A stretch of DNA of 64,000 bases, taken from Podarcis cretensis. Its lineage: Eukaryota. Positions 54,501 through 62,500 of the stretch are shown here, in pieces. Location of the stretch: NCBI GenBank assembly GCA_951804945.1, contig OX638149.1, positions 74,276,001-74,340,000 of the forward strand, read 5' to 3'. Numbering within the stretch: position 1 is the first letter of the stretch; every line of letters starts with the position of its first letter. The position numbers were made by a program, and so were the translations under genes. The notes under the pieces are model-generated. The model searched no databases, had not been told where the DNA came from, and was given only the letters and a program-made list of their open reading frames with translations.

Positions 54501-57500
54501 ATATCAACCGAGTGATTATTCAACAATAATAATTCCAGGGAAATTATGATAGGCTGCATATAGCTTCAGAACTGTTGAGCTTTTATCAGAGTACAGGTAC
54601 TGTACTACATATATTAGGTAAAGGGTAAAGGGTTAGGTTTAGGTTAGGGTTAGGGTCCATTAGGTCCAGTCGTGACCGACTCTGGGGTTGCGGCGCTCAT
54701 CTTGCTTTATTGGCCAAGGCAGCCGGCGTACAGCTTCCGGGTCATGTGGCCAGCATGACTAAGCCACCTCTGGCGAACCAGAACAGCGCACAGAAATAAT
54801 AAATTTAGAGCATTTAATAAATGGTTGCTTTTTGTATTTTTTAATACTCCACTAATACCAGCAACAGGCAGCATTGTAAGACTGCTCTTACCAGGAGGTA
54901 GAGGGGGAAGGGCAAGGTGGCAGTGATACTTCACATGGCTCAAACATGCCAGGAGAACCAGTCTTCCTTGTGGCCTTGACCCTCCACCTCTACTTCACAG
55001 TAAGCAGCAGTGATGTGATTGTCCAGAGGTGGGATGAGCAGTCCCCCATCACATCATCTGCTACTAATATTCTCTAGCAACTAGTGATTATTTTCTGGGT
55101 TTGACATTAGCACCTTTATAGGGTGCAGCGACATGTCAAAGATGTGTCAACCGTATACTCCTCTAAGAGGACTACTTATAGCACATATAATTTGTCATCA
55201 TCTTGGAGGTGCTTCTTCAACTACCAGAGAAATTGTCCAACATTTGCCATACCTAATTGCATGTGAACTTTATCTCTTGAAGTGACCAGTTGGAGAACAC
55301 AAAGCATTTTGTTTTACTGTGTCCTGATGACATTTTGGGCCCAATAAAATTGTATTTTTGTGTACCTAGAGGTTTCCTCTCTTCTTACAGCCACCATGCA
55401 CATTATGTCACTATTATACTTCATATTGCGGATGAGGGCTGAGGAAGAGAGAGAGAGGCACTTGTTTATGGCTGGCTACACAGTGAGCTTATCACAGATG
55501 CAAGTTTATAATTAGGGGCTTCCTAGAATTGTGGTGACTCTGTCTTTTACCCATTAAACTGCACCAGCTTCTATTTGGCATCAAACACCTAATGATGATC
55601 TTTTTTCCCTCCAGTTATCCACCAGTAATTAAATTAAGACTTTTATTTTTGTGTTAAGGTTTCTCCAGATTCCTTTTGTGATATGTGGGTCCAAGATAAA
55701 GAATACATTCAGAATCCATGTGTAGCACTGGCTGCTTATGTTGCAACATGTAACAAATTTAACATCTGTATAGAATGGAGGAATTCTGATTATTGCTGTA
55801 AGTACTTCACATCAAAGACACTGTGTTTGCTGTTGATGGCAATAGCTATAATGATGATGATAATAATAGTTTTCCTCAGCCACTCTGGGTGACTTACAGC
55901 ATATCAGAAAAAATAATAAAAACATCAGGCATTAAAAACTTCCTCATACAGGGCTGCCTTCAAATGGCTTCTAATAGTTGTGTAATTCTTTATCTCCTTG
56001 ACATCTGAAGGGAGGGCATTCCACAGGGAGGGAGCCACTACCGAGAAGACCCTCTGCCTGGTTCCCTGTAACTTTGCTTCTTGCAGTGAGGAAACCAGGA
56101 GAAGGCTCTCGGAGGAGGACCTCAGTATCCAGGCTGAGTGATGGGGGTGGAGATACTCCTGCAGGTATACTGGGCCGAGGCCGTTTAGGTCTTCAAAGGT
56201 CAGTGCCAACACTTTTAATTGTGCTTGGAAACATACTGGGAGCCAGTGAAGGTCCTTTAGGACTGGTGTTACATGGTCCCAGCAGCCACTCTCAGTCACC
56301 GCATTCTGGATTAGTTGTAGTTTCCGAGTCACTTTCAAAGGTAGCCCCACATAAAGCACATTGCAGTAGCCCAAGCGGGAGATAACCAGGGCATGCAGCA
56401 CTCTGGCAAGACAGACTGTGAGCAGGTAGGGTCTCAGGTTGTATACCAGGTGGAGCTGGTAGACAGCTGCCCTGGACCTGTGCCTCCATGGACAGCTGTG
56501 AGTCCAAAATGACTCCCAGGCTGTGCACCTTTGATTACTGCAAGATGAGAAGGCAGTGCAGTCTATGGGACAAAGCAGTGAATTTGAGCCAAAATGCTGA
56601 GGTTCAAGTCCAAGCTTATTTATATAGAAATAATGTTGAGAAATCAGTAGAAATATGTACAAAATCTCAAACCTCTACTACACATGGCAAAAAATACAGC
56701 ACTGGAAAGGATACTTCTGAGTAGAAAAGCAATTTAGGGGAGGAAGTGCTTAACTTTTCATCTGCTCCTCAACCACTGGCTGTTCTAATTGCGTGCTTGC
56801 AAGATAAAAGATATGTCTGGAATAATTGGGTTGGGGTAATTGGTTGAAAGGGGAGATTCATGTGAGCAGGTGAAAATTTAAGCTCTACTGTATTTTTCCA
56901 CTCTAATTTTACTTTCTAATTTGCAGTGAATAAAAGTGTTGTCACTGTTTTTCTGCACAAGTTCACATGAAACATTAGCTCATGTAAAATATTACATGAA
57001 GAAGCATCACGGTGTTAAGCACTGTGTTTATTATGTTGCTAGTCTTTCCCTGTCCAGAAGGTTTCTACTATAAGGCCTGTATATCTGCCTGTGAGACACC
57101 AAGCACTTGTCAAAATATGGAGCCAGAACTTCAGGATCCAGACTCTTGTTCAATATTGACTGAGGGGTGTGTCTGCGCAGAAGGGACAATCCTTCACCGT
57201 GTACACTCTGCGCTTTGCATCCCTGAAGAGAAGTGTGGTAAGTATCAATATGCTATTGAATTTTGTATCATTTGACAAGCAATGATGAATTATTCTGGTC
57301 CTACCCAGCATATGTATGAATGGAAACAGACTTCTGTTTCTAGATCACCCTCAGGATGTGTACAGTACCCAGGTAACTTATTTTTAATGGGCGATACAAA
57401 AATGAGAAAAATAATAAATGAATGTCTAGCGAATACAGAAGGGTATTCCTACATCCACGAGCTGAATTGCCATGTGCAGGGCTCCCGCACCATCTACACA

Positions 57501-59532
57501 CCAAAATACCCTTATGAAATCTCATTAAATAACATTGGCCACAAAAATGCCTTTTAAATAAACACTACATGTTACACAACTCAAGAGTAATCGTCAGGCC
57601 AATGAGGTGGACTGAGGCAGCTGCTTCAGACAGCAGAATCCCATGGAACGGTGTCCCACCTGCCCCTGCTGGAGAAGCAGCAGCTTCTGACAAGATTTCT
57701 CCAGAAGCCACCGCATGACCCCAGTAAGCAAGGCTGCAGCGGAAGGGGGAGCGGCACATTCCCATTTTGCCTCAGGTGGTGAAATGGAAAGGGCTGCCCC
57801 TGGCAATGCAACGTACTAGTCGGTCCCCCAACCTAACATTACAACCCATTTTCCAAAGCACACAGTACATCTGGAGAAATTTTCCCCAGCAAAAACGCAC
57901 CCCAGCAGAAGCCCGTGGAAGAAGATTGCACACTACCCATCGATTTGCCAAAGTCTCCCATCAAACACGTAACTTTTTCAAAATAAGCCGTCACTTATCC
58001 TTTCTAACCCAAATATTATACCTCTCCTACTACCAAGTTTCAAATCAATCCTATAACTATAAGCTGCAGAATCTACTCCCCTCAGATAACTCATTAGAAC
58101 AGCTGGATGGAATTCAGATGACTCAATTTTGAACATGGAGCTGCAGTGGCCTTAGAATGAATGTAACTAGTTCCTAACAGGCCCAAGAACAGCAGTGTTA
58201 CTTTCAGAGTGCTGCAGTTCAGGGATCTGTCTAAAAGCCATTTCTTTGTATTACTCATAGATGGTTGATTTGTGTGCATCCAGATTTTTAAAAAGATTCA
58301 TGGAGTCCATTCTGTGTCTGGAAAATGTAGACTGAAAGAGAGTATGACTCAGGTGTGTTTCCTGAGTAACAGTGCTTTACCAACCCCTGACAAGTAGCAT
58401 TGATTTAGAATTTTTTTCTCTGCCATGGTCATATATTATTTATGTCTGTAGTTATAAACATGTCATAGAATCTAGACGTTTATAAAAATAAATAAATTAC
58501 CTCCCTTTTTTGGCAACAATTTAGCCTGTACAGACACTTCTGGAGTGCCACATGCACTGGGTGAGACTTGGAAAACCTCCCATAGTGGATGCTGCATGCA
58601 CAAATGCATTGACAATGAGACCATTGCTCCTGTGGAGTACAACTGCTCAGCAAATAATGACTTGGAATGCCAGCGTTTTGGGGAAGTAGCTTTAATTGTA
58701 CCAGATGATCAATCCTGTTGTCACCAGAAAGTTTGTAGTAAGTATCCTTAATATACACTTTCTTACCAGCACCACTGACTTTCGATATCTTATAAACTAT
58801 AGTCAAGTTTTGATTTAAGATATATGCAAACTAACACAAAATGACTTAATTTGCAGGTGTTTGGAAGCAGTATGTAGGCTTTCGTAAGGTACATCATTTA
58901 GACAAGTGCTGAGGTTATACTGTGCAAGGAAGAAAGTGATATGTTGATCTAGGAGGTGGATGAGCAGGAGTAGTGTTAGGAAGCGGTTGAGATTATTTGG
59001 GGGGTGGCGGAGTTGTGACAAATAAGATGTTTATCACAACGCCACTGCTTTTTGCTCTATTTCTGAGGTTTCCATGAACAATACTGGTTTCAAAAGTTTT
59101 AATTAAAACATGAGAATTGGATTTTTTTAATTAAAAAATTAAGGTTTCAAGGCTTCTTCCTTTTCCTAGCACAGTTTGCTGTCTTTTAAGCCCAGCTTTT
59201 TTCTTGGAAAGGAAAAGCACTCACCTAGGAAGATAACCTCATTGACAGCTGCCAGCCACTTTGCCACCCTGTCTTTACATAAGACTGCAATGTGAATACT
59301 GCATACCTTGTGTCCCTTTTAACCTTAAAAATCAGTCAACATTAAAGACAGGAATGGAGATTGAGAGCCATATATCAAGTCCTCATAGTGCAGCTATGTA
59401 TAAACAGAATACAGCAGTATGACAGCTTCTCATAGCACACTGAAGAAAAGTTTAATGTGGCACAAGCAACAAAGCAAGTTGAAGCCTTCTTGGATTTTAC
59501 AAAACATTTACAAATATCAGCTCTAGAGGATG

Positions 59533-59574
<42 letters not shown>

Positions 59575-62500
59575 ATACGCAACAAATGCAATCAGTTTTA
59601 TTAATGCCATTCAACCCTATTCTTCTCTTGTTTTTGCTGTGATCTAAAAAGCTTGTAATCAGAGCCTCTGTGAAAAATTTATTCCTGAATGCAAGGGCCT
59701 AGAGAAACTGGCAACCTATTACCAAGACGATTCCTGCTGTCCTAGCTACAGTTGTGGTAGGTATTGAATGAAGAATTGAAATATCTGGCAAAGGAGTCTC
59801 TATTGAAATATTTGACCTTGACCACTGTTATTATTGGGACGCGGATGGCGCTGTGGTCTAAACCACAGAGCCTAGGGATTGCTGATTGGAAGGTCAGAGG
59901 TTTGAATCCCCGCAACAGGGTGAGCTCCCGTTGCTCGGTCCCAGCTCCTGCCAACCTAGCAGTTCGAAAGCACGTCAAAGTGCAAGTAGATAAATAGGTA
60001 CTGCCCCAGTGGGAAGGTAAACAGCATTTCCGTGCGCTGCTCTGGTTCACCAGAAGCGGCTTAGTCATGCTGGCCACATGACCTAGAAGCTGTCTGTGGA
60101 CAAATGCCGGCTCCCTCGGCCAGTAAAGTGAGATGAGCACCACAACCCCAGAGTCGTCCACGACTGAACTTAATGGCCAGGGGTCCCTTTACCTTTACCT
60201 TTTTTACTGTTATTATTAGGGTGGGCATCAGAGTCAGCCAAATTAGAGACAGCCCTAGATCTGGTCCCAAGTTGGGTCATGCTGGATCTTGAGTTGTCAA
60301 GGAGCAGGGTATTGGGAAGGCAAGTCTGCAGGAGTCTATTTCTCCAGGGTGATTTTCCCCACAGGAAAATCACTAGTGACACAGACCTAAGCAGAACTGA
60401 ATCCTGTGCATAGTAAAGGTACCCCTTCGCATGATCCTTCCCTGCAGGGAAGTGTTTGAGAAGCAGATCCCAGTAGGATTGAGTCCTCCACTTGTGGGCC
60501 ACAGGGTGCTCCTTTGCAAGTTCATTTCCCACAGGGTAAGGACTGAACCCTCCTGCTCTTGGTTGTGAGGCCGGGAGGGAGAAGGGGACACAGTGTCTCT
60601 TCCTTCCCCTGCCCCTCCCTGACTATGTTTAAAAACCCCAGTTAGCTCTGCCCCCAGTTGATTCAGAACATCCATTCCCTGTTCTGGGAAGGGACTTAGG
60701 ACTACAAAACATGGCAACTTCCAAGCAGAGCCCTGTTTGGCTCACCACTGCCCATGAGGGGTGGAACCGAAATGTTTGCCTTTGCACATGCCCCTGTTAA
60801 ATTCCTTGTTCCTAAAATTGAGAGCTAAAGTAGCCTGTGCCATGTGGAGTTGCAAAGGAAGAAGGAAACAGAGACAAAAAGGTAAACAAGCGTGGGAAGG
60901 TCTTGGCGGTGCTCATTTGCCCTGTAAGCATTTCCCCATGCACTAGTCCCAGATCCATTTTTAGATACTTGGAAGGCAAGACTGAAGAAACTATGGTATG
61001 TGGAAGCTCTTGCTCCAACATATATAGAGGACGTGCTAGACCTATATTTCACAGTTTGCTCCAGTATTCCTAGTTACACCGCAGAAGGAAATAAGATGTA
61101 GTTATATTTTATTATTTAGTGTAAGCCGCCTGAGCATGACTTCAGGATGGAATATCATGTATTTTATGAGAATATTATGTTTGTTTCAGAATGTGATCCA
61201 GCAAAATGTGAAACTATGGAACAGATTCCAAACTGCCGAGCAGATCAAACTCTGATTGCTGCCCATGTGAAAGGCACCTGCTGTGTATCCTATATCTGTG
61301 GTATTCAAATTTAGTTCTTATTGACAGCCTGTAGATTAATATGTAAGCAAAGAAGACTGTCTAGGAATATATGCCACAATGGTATAAGAGAAGCTCTACT
61401 GCCTAGTCCAGCATTCTGTATTGCACTATATCCAAAATATGGATACTTGAGGGATAGAACAAAACACCTTACACAGAGAGAAATGATGTGTCGGTATGCA
61501 GTGGTGTACTGGCACCATTTTCCTGCCGGCACATCTTTTATAGAAGCTACCATGAAGTATACAATGTAACCAGAACTGATTCGAATTCCCCCACCCCCTG
61601 CAGGCCCGCACCACCCAATCTTTTGAATTCCAGTTGTTTCTAAAAGCCCAACTGCACTTCTGTGGTGGCCACTGCAATCCTGAAAGACTGCTTCTCAAAT
61701 CCCCCAGTGCATTCAGCATCCTATACGCTATCAGCCCAAACTGGAGGCCCATCCAAAACTAATAAGCATTCTGTTGCATGCACTTCACCCTCTGAGTGGT
61801 TTGAGGTTACAGGGGTGCTGTTTAGTTTCTGTGGCAATACTTCACCTATACTTGATCCCTTTTTAAGCTATGCAAAGTCTTTCTCCCAGTGAATAAAAAA
61901 CTACTTAGCTAAATTAAGCTTCTCCACCCAATTTGACCTCTTTCTTTTTACAATCAAAGTCACACGATTGGGGCAGCCAAAAGTCCTACACCAATCTCAT
62001 TCTCGTACTGACTCTCTAACTAGATGTAAGGTTAAAACAAAAAAAAATTCCTTCCAGAAGTGTGCATGCACACGAAAGCTCATACCAAGAACTAACTTAG
62101 TTGGTCTTTAAGGTGCTACTGGAAGGAATTTTTTTTTGTTTTGACTATGGCAGACCAACACGGCTACCTATCTGTAACTAGATGTAAGGTTGACAGTTCT
62201 GCATTCAGGAGTGAAATTAGGTGGTGCTCAACTTTTCATTGTAGTTTCATCAAACCTTTTAGGTAGAATTTTTGCACTTACAGAAAACCGAAAACAAATG
62301 GCATGTATGTGTGCTTTCTAATAATTTAATATTTCTCTTTTTATCAGCATGTGGTATTTGCTCTGATCAAATTCCAGCGTGCCAGGAAGGAGAAGTGCTT
62401 ACTGTGGAAGGCAACACGACAGACAGATGTTGTCCTGCTTACCAGTGTAGTGAGTTGATGATTTCTCTAGAGGCTTTCTTAATTGTTTGCAGTGATTTTT

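Noticed and set aside
57767-58132. 121-aa ORF in an A/C-rich stretch, possibly an L1 fragment
   Set aside because: No diagnostic motif, TSD or tail that I can support; needs a repeat-library search.
60218-60760. GC-richer segment that might be an LTR or DNA transposon
   Set aside because: No clear TG..CA ends, TIRs or TSD; left unassigned.
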